64,000 nucleotides of DNA, taken from NCBI GenBank assembly GCA_034520885.1, contig JAXHNE010000008.1, positions 100 through 64,099 on the forward strand. The letters are read 5' to 3'. The first letter of the stretch is position 1, and each line of letters begins with the position of its first letter. A program made the position numbers and the translations under genes. The notes under the pieces are model-generated. The model did no database searches and had not been told where the DNA came from. It saw only the letters and a list, made by a program, of their open reading frames with translations. Origin of the DNA: Candidatus Saccharimonadota bacterium. Lineage in GTDB: Bacteria; Patescibacteriota; Saccharimonadia; Saccharimonadales; JAXHNE01. This document shows, piece after piece, positions 46,347-54,338 of this stretch.

Positions 46347-46987
46347 TCCCGGTCGCCGCGTGTAAGTAAAACGGCGAATCGTTTTATCAACATGAACTCC
46401 GCCAAAAGCGTAAATAGCAATAAAACGGTGCCGCTATAGTGATCGGACACGAAAACGCTTACACCGGCCCGGGTCAGTACCGGCGTAACGAGGCTCACGG
46501 CGATAATGGCGACCGCGCCGATACACAAGGTGGCCAAAATACTTGGGGCCAAGGTTGGTTTGAGTTGTGGCCGTTCATTCAGAAGTTTAAGTGCTTCCAG
46601 CCAAAACGCGCTGATGATCGCCCAGAGTATCAAGTGTGTCGCGATCAAACCGATTCGCGGCCCGCCAAGGTGTCCTACGATCGTGGCTATCATGGAAAAC
46701 GGGAACTCGACCTTTTCCAAAAGAGGCAATGCGCTGCTGGAGAAAACCGACTGTAAAATGCTGATATTGGCGAACCATATGGCGATCAGCACGCTGAAAA
46801 CCGCGGCGATTACTCCGTATAGCGTGTTGTCCGGCCGCCCGAAAACCCGGGCGCACAAGCCCACCAGCGGATAAAATTTTTTGCCGATTTTTATAAAAGA
46901 CCGCCGGGTATCTTTAAGCTCGGTTCGCATGCGGTTTCGTATAGTGCCCATTATTTTATTCCGTTCTTCCCCCATATCATAACGCAA
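46337..46987 (-). CDS. Hypothetical polytopic membrane protein
   Basis: Several hydrophobic helices. The start is uncertain (ATG at 46951 is also possible). Confidence 0.45.
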   Translation of the reverse strand: MRYDMGEERNKIMGTIRNRMRTELKDTRRSFIKIGKKFYPLVGLCARVFGRPDNTLYGVIAAVFSVLIAIWFANISILQSVFSSSALPLLEKVEFPFSMIATIVGHLGGPRIGLIATHLILWAIISAFWLEALKLLNERPQLKPTLAPSILATLCIGAVAIIAVSLVTPVLTRAGVSVFVSDHYSGTVLLLFTLLAEFMLIKRFAVLLTRGDRDYS

Positions 46988-47066
46988 ATACCGTTTTTTT
47001 GCCCGAAAACCGTAAGTGTTTTGGTTTTATTTACAGCAACATAACTCTTTTGTTGGTGATTCATGC

Positions 47067-47094
47067 TTGACATACATTTTGATGCCTGTAGAAT
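47067..47094 (+). promoter_or_regulatory. Sigma70-type promoter TTGACA-16nt-TAGAAT
   Basis: Read directly from the sequence. It would give a ~270-nt leader before the LysM-CHAP gene. Confidence 0.4.
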
Positions 47095-47368
47095 CTTTTC
47101 TTGTGTCTTGACATGCGAGGTGGAGAGACATGGCAAAAAGCGGGTAAAAAAACCGAGAATGTGGGAAGCCCGCGAAAATGAAGTAGTCGTTTAATTACAA
47201 TTTAGGAACCCATCTTTGGGTGTCTTTACGTTGCCAAAACCGGCTGGCGAACGCGATTGTCAGCGATGCGGCCAAAGCGACGCGGACAAAAGAAGCCGCC
47301 GGCGCGTACAGCGCGGGTCGGTTCGCTGCAAAAGGACTTCTAAAGATGGGTTCTAAGGAGGACGTATT

Positions 47369-48190
47369 ATGCGTATGACCGCTGCTATTGCGGCCATTGT
47401 TTTGTGTGCGGGCGTATTCGTTACACAATCCGCAACCGCGGATGCATTGTCGCCGGCGGAGCTTTCTACCATGGAAGACTCACCGACATTATTAGAAGAT
47501 CTCGCGGAAAAACATGAGCGGGACAAAGAAGAAATTGAGAAGGAGTTGCAAAAAGAAAAAGAAAAGCGCGAAGAGTCAAAGCCTAAGAAATACAAGGTAA
47601 AAGAAGGCGATACGCTCATATCCATCGCCAAAGAACACGACACGACATGGAAACGTCTGTTCTACGCCAATGAAGAAGTTGAGCATCCGGACGAGCTATC
47701 CGTCGATGAAGAGCTTACCGTCCCCGACGAAAACGAAGAGCTTGAAGAGCGTGAACTTCCCGAGTTAAACACGCAATCAAGTGCCCCGGAGGGTACTTCC
47801 GGTAACTCACGAGCCGCAAGCGCTACCACGCGGAGAAACGAAAGTGCTTCGCGGAGCACGAGTTCCACGTCACGCTCAAGAACGACCAGCTCGAGCGCCG
47901 GTAACCGATACGTTCGCGGGTATTGCACCTGGTACGTTAAAAACCGCCGCCCTGACCTGCCCAATAATCTCGGAAATGCCATTTCATGGGTCTCACGAGC
48001 CGCCTCACAAGGCCTGCCGACCGGATCAACGCCGCGCGCGGGTGCCGTTGGCCAAAGCGGCAACCACGTCGTCTACGTGGAGTCGGTAAACGGTAACGGC
48101 ACGGTCACGGTCAGCGAAATGAACTGGAACGGCTGGAACGTCAAAAGCAGCCGCACCGCCCCGGCCTCCAGTTTTCGCTATATTTACTAG
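47369..48190 (+). CDS. Secreted LysM + CHAP peptidoglycan hydrolase
   Basis: Signal peptide ending SATA. LysM domain YKVKEGDTLISIAKEH. S/T/R-rich linker. CHAP domain with GYCTWYV (Cys) and GNHVVYVE (His). Confidence 0.85.
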   Translation: MRMTAAIAAIVLCAGVFVTQSATADALSPAELSTMEDSPTLLEDLAEKHERDKEEIEKELQKEKEKREESKPKKYKVKEGDTLISIAKEHDTTWKRLFYANEEVEHPDELSVDEELTVPDENEELEERELPELNTQSSAPEGTSGNSRAASATTRRNESASRSTSSTSRSRTTSSSAGNRYVRGYCTWYVKNRRPDLPNNLGNAISWVSRAASQGLPTGSTPRAGAVGQSGNHVVYVESVNGNGTVTVSEMNWNGWNVKSSRTAPASSFRYIY

Positions 48191-48449
48191 GCCCGTTTGG
48201 ATTTTTTGGGGTCTAAAGCGAAAAAGGACGTCCAAAGTGGCGGATCGATAAGTTCGTATACGCCAATGGAGAAGTTCCCTTTCCTTCGCCAAGAAAAGGA
48301 TGGCCGTTAACGAGCGGCTGAGCCCGGCTCAAGCCCTCGGTCCGAACAGCAGAACTGCGACGATCACGTTTAACAACAAAGCTTCCGCGAAAGTTATTGT
48401 TGCCATCCAAGCCAGCGATCAGTAGATTCCGCTCACCTTCACTGGTGTT

Positions 48450-49100
48450 TTATTGCGTGGGAACGGATTGAACGTTTTGGGGGAGCGAAATGTTCACGTC
48501 GCGATATTCGTACGTAATAGTGAACTCGCCACCAGTGCCGCTGGTTTTGGCCTGGCTGACGGTTTGGTCGTCGGTGATGAACACGGTAGTGGTGGTGCCG
48601 TCCTCGGTAATTTCCCACACATTACAGGTACCGGCCGGGCAGCTTTGGCGCCCTTGGTAGTTGGCCGTGTCGCGGAAATCACTAAAATCTTCTTCGTTAT
48701 AGTTGTAGTCCGGGGTTGACGGGAGCGAAGATTGGTCGCCATATTCAAAGCAGTTGCCGGCGGTACACAACACATAACGGTTTGCTGTCGTATAAAACTC
48801 TACTTGCTCGCCCGCGGTCGTTCCCGTGAAGTGGGTTGATCCGTTGCTGTCATATTCTATTTCGCCATTAAACTCTTCCCCTTCTGTGGTCGTGCCGTTC
48901 ATGGTGGCCACGAAGTCTTGTCCGCTTGTCGCGGCGGGGTCGAAGGTCGGCGCGTCGCCGGATTCGGCGCTTTGTTCATCCTCTTGAGCCGTGGTTTGGC
49001 TGCCGCTTTCTTCCCCGTTATTCCGCGTTACGAAATACGCTACACTCCCGCCGATACCGAGTACGGCGACGATGATTCCGATAATCATTCCCTTACTCAT
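48450..49100 (-). CDS. Hypothetical membrane-anchored extracytoplasmic protein
   Basis: The N-terminal anchor MSKGMIIGIIVAVLGIGGSVAYFV is paralogous to that of the neighbouring gene. It also has an acidic linker. Confidence 0.5.
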   Translation of the reverse strand: MSKGMIIGIIVAVLGIGGSVAYFVTRNNGEESGSQTTAQEDEQSAESGDAPTFDPAATSGQDFVATMNGTTTEGEEFNGEIEYDSNGSTHFTGTTAGEQVEFYTTANRYVLCTAGNCFEYGDQSSLPSTPDYNYNEEDFSDFRDTANYQGRQSCPAGTCNVWEITEDGTTTTVFITDDQTVSQAKTSGTGGEFTITYEYRDVNISLPQNVQSVPTQ

Positions 49101-49121
49101 TTTTCCTCCTTGCTTAGCTTT

Positions 49122-49613
49122 TTAGTTAACGTTTAACGTGCCGACCATGCCCAACTGGCGATGCTGGCCAATGTTACAGTAATATTCGTAACTTCCCGAA
49201 GCGTCTTTCGGTACGGTAAAAGTGACGGATGTGGTTTCGCCGGTGTTAGTGGTCTGGCTTCTTACGTCGAACTCGTCCAGGAACAAATTATGTTCGCCGC
49301 CGGAGTTCGTGAGGTTTAGCGTAATAGTGTCACCGGGGCTGGCAGTGATTTCCTCTACTGAAAATTCATAGTTACGCATATCGATGGTCAGTTCCTGATC
49401 AACGTCGGATGACTCTTCTTCGTCCTGAGGTTGGTTTTGCTCCGTGCCTTCGGTCGCTTCGCCCGGCGTTTCGTCCTCATCGGCCACTTCCCTTTGTTCC
49501 GAGGTGGTCGTGGTGGTGGCGACTTCTTCCTCATCCTGCATAACGAAGTACGCCGCACCTCCGCCAATTGCTAATAAAGCGATAATAATTCCAATAATTG
49601 CACCTTTTCTCAT
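49122..49613 (-). CDS. Membrane-anchored cupredoxin (type-1 blue copper) protein
   Basis: Putative ligand set: His in GGEHNLF, then C-x4-H-x4-M in YYCNIGQHRQLGM. Confidence 0.7.
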   Translation of the reverse strand: MRKGAIIGIIIALLAIGGGAAYFVMQDEEEVATTTTTSEQREVADEDETPGEATEGTEQNQPQDEEESSDVDQELTIDMRNYEFSVEEITASPGDTITLNLTNSGGEHNLFLDEFDVRSQTTNTGETTSVTFTVPKDASGSYEYYCNIGQHRQLGMVGTLNVN

Positions 49614-49724
49614 GACCCGTCCTCCTAATTACCGATAACATTATACGCCACACACCGTTTAGCGCAAAAACCATAACCTTGACTGTTTGACCACAAACGT
49701 ATTTGCTTGTGTTATGATGTGCTC

Positions 49725-50297
49725 ATGAGTGAAATGGGCTATCCGGCGCAATACAACGGTGAGTTTTTCGACTCGCAAACCGAGGCCGCGTGGGCGGCAT
49801 ATTTTGACGCTGCGGGTATAGAGTGGGAGCGCGAGCCGGAAACGTTCGAGCTTGCTCCGGGTTTTGTCTACACGCCTGATTTTTACGTTGGCCAATGGGA
49901 CAGCTACATGGAGGTGAAAAACGGCAATGCTTCACTCGACACATGCAAAAAACTACAAATACTCAGTGGTAAGCTTGGCCGGGCGAGCATTTTGGCGAAC
50001 GGCAAACCCCACAACCTCTCACTTTATATTTATGGGCCGGAAAGTATCCATAACGAGGTTCGGCCGGACGTATACGTGTTCGGGGAGGATTTTACTATTA
50101 CTGGGCAAAAGCTTTTCAAGCCGGCCGATTTACGGGATCGCTCACCGGCCCTTCGCCACTTTTGGGGGCTCTGGAATCAATCGCGTGAAGGCTGGACGAC
50201 CGATATAGACCCGGACGTCCGTCAAAAATCCAAAGACCGTAAACATGAACTGTCTAACGACCCCACGACCCTATACGACACTCCTTCGAAAAGCTAA
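49725..50297 (+). CDS. Hypothetical protein with PD-(D/E)xK nuclease-like N-terminal motif
   Basis: FDSQTEAAWAAYFDAAGIEWEREPETF..VYTPDF..YMEVK gives an E...PD...E-x-K pattern. Confidence 0.45.
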   Translation: MSEMGYPAQYNGEFFDSQTEAAWAAYFDAAGIEWEREPETFELAPGFVYTPDFYVGQWDSYMEVKNGNASLDTCKKLQILSGKLGRASILANGKPHNLSLYIYGPESIHNEVRPDVYVFGEDFTITGQKLFKPADLRDRSPALRHFWGLWNQSREGWTTDIDPDVRQKSKDRKHELSNDPTTLYDTPSKS

Positions 50298-50324
50298 GTA
50301 AGTGAAATTTTGAACCCCACAAGG

Positions 50325-50711
50325 CTATTTTTGCGGCTCGGAGTGGGCTTTGAGCCACTCGGCGATTTCTTCCACGCTTAATTTGTCAGTCGCCACCTTG
50401 ACGGCAAAATCTTCCAGATCGCCCTCGTTGACTTTAGTGTCTTCGCCGTTGATTTCTAAAAACGTTAAACCACTGAGCATCCCCGTACGCTTATTGCCGT
50501 CCACGAAAGGATGGTCGGCAATGATGCCACGAATGAGTGCGGCGGCTTTGTCGTGCGGGCTTTCGTAGATTTCCGCGCCAAAAACGGCTTGCGTTTGGGT
50601 GGCGACGACTGACTCCAGTCTCCCTTGATCGCGGACACCGCTTCCGCCTCCCGTTTCTTCGAGCAACAGCTCATAAATTGCGAGAATCTGCTCCAGGGTT
50701 AAGAACTTCAT
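50325..50711 (-). CDS. doc: Doc (death-on-curing) Fic-family toxin
   Basis: Doc-type Fic motif HPFVDGNKRTG. Confidence 0.9.
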   Translation of the reverse strand: MKFLTLEQILAIYELLLEETGGGSGVRDQGRLESVVATQTQAVFGAEIYESPHDKAAALIRGIIADHPFVDGNKRTGMLSGLTFLEINGEDTKVNEGDLEDFAVKVATDKLSVEEIAEWLKAHSEPQK

Positions 50712-50926
50712 CGCTCAGCAAGGTTTTTGAAGTCTTTTTTGTGTTTGCGGAGGATGTTTTGGGCGGCTTCCAACGCTTGATTGTCCGCTGCGCTGTTTTC
50801 GTTCAGTGCTTTTAAGGCTGCCATACGCAAAAAGTCGCTGCGGCTGGTGTATTGCTTTTTGGCCGCCGCGTCAATCTTTTTGACCAGTTCTTCGTCCATG
50901 GATACGTTAAATGTTTTCTTTGCCAT
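50708..50926 (-). CDS. Ribbon-helix-helix (CopG-like) antitoxin
   Basis: MAKKTFNVSMDEELVKKIDAAAKKQYTSRSDFLRMAAL. An ATGA overlap couples it to doc. Confidence 0.75.
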   Translation of the reverse strand: MAKKTFNVSMDEELVKKIDAAAKKQYTSRSDFLRMAALKALNENSAADNQALEAAQNILRKHKKDFKNLAER

Positions 50927-50962
50927 ACATAAATTATACAAAATTTGTATAAACCCCGTCAA

Positions 50963-51128
50963 CGCCCACCCTCACCTATCACCTATAACCAATCACCTAT
51001 TAATTCTCATCTATCATCCATTGCGACGAAGTCGCCTACCACCTTCCACCTTCCACCTTCCAACGTCTACCCTCTAACCTCTAACTTCTAGCATCTATCA
51101 ACTACTATCTATCACCAACTCCCGCTAC
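50963..51128 (+). repeat. Heptad-periodic G-poor tract
   Basis: CCACCTT CCACCTT CCACCTT CCAACGT CTACCCT CTAACCT CTAACTT CTAGCAT CTATCAA CTACTAT CTATCAC. It contains CCATTGCGACGAAGTCGC. Confidence 0.75.
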
Positions 51129-51243
51129 GCCTCCCAGTCTTCAATCGTAATCTTCCCATTCTCTTCAGTAACCACGACTTTCTGGTGCTCCCGCCAGGCC
51201 AGCTTGTTCATGATTTCTTTGGGAATGGTTACCATACAGTTTC
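51125..51243 (-). pseudogene. 3' fragment (last ~37 codons) of an AbrB/SpoVT-like gene
   Basis: Translates as YMVTIPKEIMNKLAWREHQKVVVTEENGKITIEDWEA*. It is clearly homologous to the intact gene at 54140-54322. It has no start codon or promoter. Confidence 0.7.
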
Positions 51244-51299
51244 AGTTGCGTGCTTTAGCTACTCAGAACACTGTTTTAAAAGGAGTAAGTTTAGTAGTT

Positions 51300-51328
51300 T
51301 TGACTATTAATTTTGTTCCAGCTATCAT
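51300..51328 (+). promoter_or_regulatory. Sigma70-type promoter TTGACT-17nt-TATCAT
   Basis: Read directly from the sequence, ~100 nt upstream of the precursor-peptide ORF. Confidence 0.45.
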
Positions 51329-51431
51329 GAATATGAAAACAAAAAGTTAAAACTCACCTGCTTAAATCAAGAAGGGAGGTGGATTTAACTTAAACTATTA
51401 GTTGTTAAATATCTTAAAATGGAGGGAGATT

Positions 51432-51656
51432 ATGAGCGCAGAAACACTGCTACGTTCAAGTGAAGAAGAAAAACTGCCGGAGGTTACAGGGGAGCAAGCG
51501 GCTTCGCTAGGTGAAACAGTTTTCTCGGCCTTGGCCGTAGATGCTGAATTGGCGACTAAAGGCGAAGACGGCGGATATGGTGGAGCGGAAAACTATGAGT
51601 TTACGAACTCCGTTACGCGGCTGGGCGATGGCCAAACTGTGCCCGACGAAAGATAA
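51432..51656 (+). CDS. Candidate graspetide (omega-ester/amide RiPP) precursor peptide, 74 aa
   Basis: GGAGGGA RBS 5 nt before the ATG. The leader is acidic. The C-terminal region ATKGEDGGYGGAENYEFTNSVTRLGDGQTVPDER is rich in Thr/Ser/Lys donors and Asp/Glu acceptors. It lies immediately upstream of the ATP-grasp ligase. Confidence 0.6.
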   Translation: MSAETLLRSSEEEKLPEVTGEQAASLGETVFSALAVDAELATKGEDGGYGGAENYEFTNSVTRLGDGQTVPDER

Positions 51657-51669
51657 CCAGGCGCGGTAA

Positions 51670-51696
51670 GGGTGGTTACTGTAGCCACCCTTTTTT
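51670..51696 (+). terminator. Intrinsic terminator/attenuator between precursor and ligase genes
   Basis: Stem GGGTGG / CCACCC followed by TTTTTT, ending 3 nt before the ligase ATG. Confidence 0.5.
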
Positions 51697-51699
51697 ATT

Positions 51700-52674
51700 A
51701 TGTCTGAAATCGCAATTTTTAGTACGAGTTTCGATCAGCCGACTTATGGGCCTGTGGCTTCCAAACTGCATGAGCGTGGCTACGAAACCTGGGTTTATAA
51801 AGCCGACAAGGTGCTCAGCGGCGAGGATGAATTAACAGTAAGGGTTAACGATGAAGGATTTGGTCTTGTCTATAACGGCGTTAGTCGAGTTTTAAGTGAC
51901 ACCGGCTGCGCTTGGTTTCGACATCCAGAAGTGTACGGATTGAATTATCCAGACAAAGCAAAGCAAATGAGTATTGAGCAAGAAACATCAAATTTGCAAG
52001 AATCATTTTGGCGACAAGTTCCTGACGAAGCTTGGCTGAATCATCCTCGGCAAATGCAGAAAGCGCAGGCAAAATTGTCTCAGTTAGTCTTAGCCCAGGA
52101 GCTGGGTTTTCACGTACCAGCAACAGTTGTCTCCAGTTCTTGGGAAGAAATTGATAATTTAAGTTCTTCTAAAGAATTTGAAGACATCATTGTGAAGATG
52201 CCAAGAGGGGTTTTACACGATTCGGATGGCGTGAGAGTTCTTTATGCAACAAGGCTTAATAAAGAAAGAAGAGTGTCACTACAGGAAAATAACCCGTTCC
52301 CTGCTTTCTATCAAGAATACATGACAAAGGCACGCGAATGGCGCCTCACAGTTGTTGGAGACGATGCTTTCGGAGCAGCAATTTACACAACCGAAGATGC
52401 GAAAGATGATTGGAGGCGGCATCAATTTGGTTCGGGTGTTCGTTTCGAGAAAGACGAGCTGCCCGATAAAGAAATTGATAGATGTATTAAATACTTACGA
52501 CACTTTAATTTGCTTTACGGAGCTTTTGACTTTGTAGAAGATCACGAGGGTGTACTAACATTTCTTGAATGTAATACAAATGGTCAATACCGTTGGCTGG
52601 AAGATCTTCTTGGGTTGCCGATCAGCGATGCCATTGTTTCGCAACTGGTGACAAAACACGAAAGTAACAAATAG
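51700..52674 (+). CDS. MdnC/MvdD-type ATP-grasp macrocyclase (graspetide ligase)
   Basis: Collinear by-eye matches to the microviridin ligase MdnC, listed as window/MdnC: CAWFRH/AVWYRR; AKLSQLVLAQELGFHVPATVVS/HKQLQLQVARQLGLLIPGTLTS; EWRLTVVGDDAFGAAI/ELRITIVGEQIFTAAI; DWRR/DWRK; LLYGAFDFV/LNYGAIDMI; FLECNTNGQYRWLE/FLEINPVGEFFWLE. Confidence 0.85.
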   Translation: MSEIAIFSTSFDQPTYGPVASKLHERGYETWVYKADKVLSGEDELTVRVNDEGFGLVYNGVSRVLSDTGCAWFRHPEVYGLNYPDKAKQMSIEQETSNLQESFWRQVPDEAWLNHPRQMQKAQAKLSQLVLAQELGFHVPATVVSSSWEEIDNLSSSKEFEDIIVKMPRGVLHDSDGVRVLYATRLNKERRVSLQENNPFPAFYQEYMTKAREWRLTVVGDDAFGAAIYTTEDAKDDWRRHQFGSGVRFEKDELPDKEIDRCIKYLRHFNLLYGAFDFVEDHEGVLTFLECNTNGQYRWLEDLLGLPISDAIVSQLVTKHESNK

Positions 52675-52675
52675 A

Positions 52676-53152
52676 CTACACTGGTTTATGCGTAGGTAGT
52701 TCAGTGATAAGTTGTTTTTGTCTGGGATGCCTAAGGAGTTTATTAAATGTAGCGTAGCTTACGAAACGGATCTTAATGTCAGCTCGGTGTAGCGCGGTAA
52801 ACACGCTTTGGTATGTATCTTTGCTAGTTGGTTTTACCGGTTTTTGGCTGACCATCTCATAATTACTGAGCGCTCCCTGTGGTGTTGGCTGGAAGTTATC
52901 GGCCGGTACAGTGTAGATTGCTCCGCCCTTGTCTTTTTCTTTGAACGCTTGCGGCGTGGAGCAAATCACAATGTTGGGTTCATTTTCCGGACTCATGAGC
53001 GTTGGCAGGCCTTTTGGAACCAGGTACATCAACGCCATTTTGTAGTTTTTGGTCGCGAAGACGTAATCACCGATGTACTCGTCGTTGCTTTTCGTCGGTT
53101 GCGGAGTAAGTTCACTCAGGTTTTTTTGCCCCGATGCATGGTACAAGTTCAT
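52676..53152 (-). CDS. Hypothetical 158-aa protein with H-Y-E ADP-ribosyltransferase-like motif pattern (speculative)
   Basis: MNLYHAS at the N-terminus (compare hYHGS/T). GDYVFATKNYKMALMY (compare the Y-x-F/S-A/T...Y...Y segment of PARP/diphtheria toxin). A later NYEMV has a candidate catalytic Glu. Confidence 0.5.
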   Translation of the reverse strand: MNLYHASGQKNLSELTPQPTKSNDEYIGDYVFATKNYKMALMYLVPKGLPTLMSPENEPNIVICSTPQAFKEKDKGGAIYTVPADNFQPTPQGALSNYEMVSQKPVKPTSKDTYQSVFTALHRADIKIRFVSYATFNKLLRHPRQKQLITELPTHKPV

Positions 53153-53167
53153 AAACTCATCATAACA

Positions 53168-53500
53168 AACCTCCCATCCCCCATCTTCTATCTACCACCT
53201 ATAACCTATAACCTCTAACCTATCACCTATTAACTATTATCTATCATCCATGAGTAACTCCCGTTACTCCTCCCATCCCCCATCTTCTATTTACCAACTT
53301 CCACCTTCCAACTTCCACTTATCACCTATAACCTATCACCCCTCACCTATTAACTATTATCTATCATCTATGAGTAACTCCCGTTACTCCTCCCATCCCC
53401 CATCTTCTATTTACCAACTTCCACCTTCCATCTTCCAACTTCCATCTTCCAACTTCTAACGTCTAACCTCTAACTTCTAGCATCTATTATCTATCATCCA
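53168..53500 (+). repeat. Longest heptad-periodic G-poor tract, containing a 120-bp internal tandem duplication
   Basis: CCTATAA CCTATAA CCTCTAA CCTATCA CCTATTA ACTATTA TCTATCA. The 53223-53310 segment repeats at 53343-53430, including the hairpin GAGTAACTCCCGTTACTC. Confidence 0.8.
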
Positions 53501-53582
53501 TTCGAGTCGTTGAAGACAGTAAGAGGCGAGAATCTACTAAACGCTCATGGTTACCAGTTAAATACGTTGTATATTTAAGTAA

Positions 53583-54143
53583 ATGAGTATATTTTCACCT
53601 AATACGGTAAACTTTCGAACCGATGTAAGGGCGCATAGGCAAAAGGCGGTTGATGTGGGTGTCTATGGGCGCCCAGTCCCGGAACGTGTTGATTCTGTCT
53701 TACTCGATGGCGAACCGGTGCGTTTTGAAAATCAAGATACGGTTGAACGGGTTTTTGGTGCCGCACACGAACTAGGGAAGCTTAAACGGCATCGAGCACC
53801 TGCGGATTCTTTTGGATTCGTGGCGTTATACGGTGGATACGTTGATATTAAAAATGTTCCCAGAAGATTTGATCGTTGGTTGGATATTTCGGTTAATGAG
53901 GATCCAATATCACCGTCAGATATTGATGACGGCGATACGGTTGCCATCGGAGCGCATTACCACGATATGAAAAGCCCCATGATCCGTCACGCGCTCGTGG
54001 CGGCCGAAACCAGTGAAGACATGATGTTTTTCCACATACTTGGAAGTGACGGACCGTTTGCCTTGTCCGGACTCAAGGAAGCGCTTGACACATATAAAAG
54101 CTCGAACGTCTACAATTTTGAAGAAATAAAACTTTTGGACTAA
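53583..54143 (+). CDS. Hypothetical protein
   Basis: 186-aa ORF with no recognised domain. Its 3' end overlaps the convergent AbrB-like gene by 4 nt. Confidence 0.5.
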   Translation: MSIFSPNTVNFRTDVRAHRQKAVDVGVYGRPVPERVDSVLLDGEPVRFENQDTVERVFGAAHELGKLKRHRAPADSFGFVALYGGYVDIKNVPRRFDRWLDISVNEDPISPSDIDDGDTVAIGAHYHDMKSPMIRHALVAAETSEDMMFFHILGSDGPFALSGLKEALDTYKSSNVYNFEEIKLLD

Positions 54144-54322
54144 CCGGACCAATCGGTAATTTTAACGGTCTTGCCGTCCAGTTCGACGACAACTTTTTGG
54201 TGTTCGCGCCAGCTCAGCTTGTTCATGATTTCTTTAGGAATAGTTACCATGTAGCTTTCGCCCTCACGGCCGGTTTTTTGTATTTTACGGATGTTTTCTT
54301 CACCCAAGTCTTGCCTGCTCAT
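54140..54322 (-). CDS. AbrB/SpoVT (MazE-like) swapped-hairpin DNA-binding protein, 60 aa
   Basis: YMVTIPKEIMNKLSWREHQKVVVELDGKTVKITDW. A GAAAGG RBS is present, and the palindrome lies 16 nt upstream of the ATG. Confidence 0.8.
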   Translation of the reverse strand: MSRQDLGEENIRKIQKTGREGESYMVTIPKEIMNKLSWREHQKVVVELDGKTVKITDWSG

Positions 54323-54338
54323 CTTTGCGCCTTTCTTT

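Noticed and set aside
53168-53500. Possible CRISPR array, given regularly spaced repeats and a 120-bp periodic duplication.
   Set aside because: There are no 25-40-nt direct repeats separated by unique spacers. The periodicity is 7 nt plus one simple tandem duplication, and no cas genes are present.
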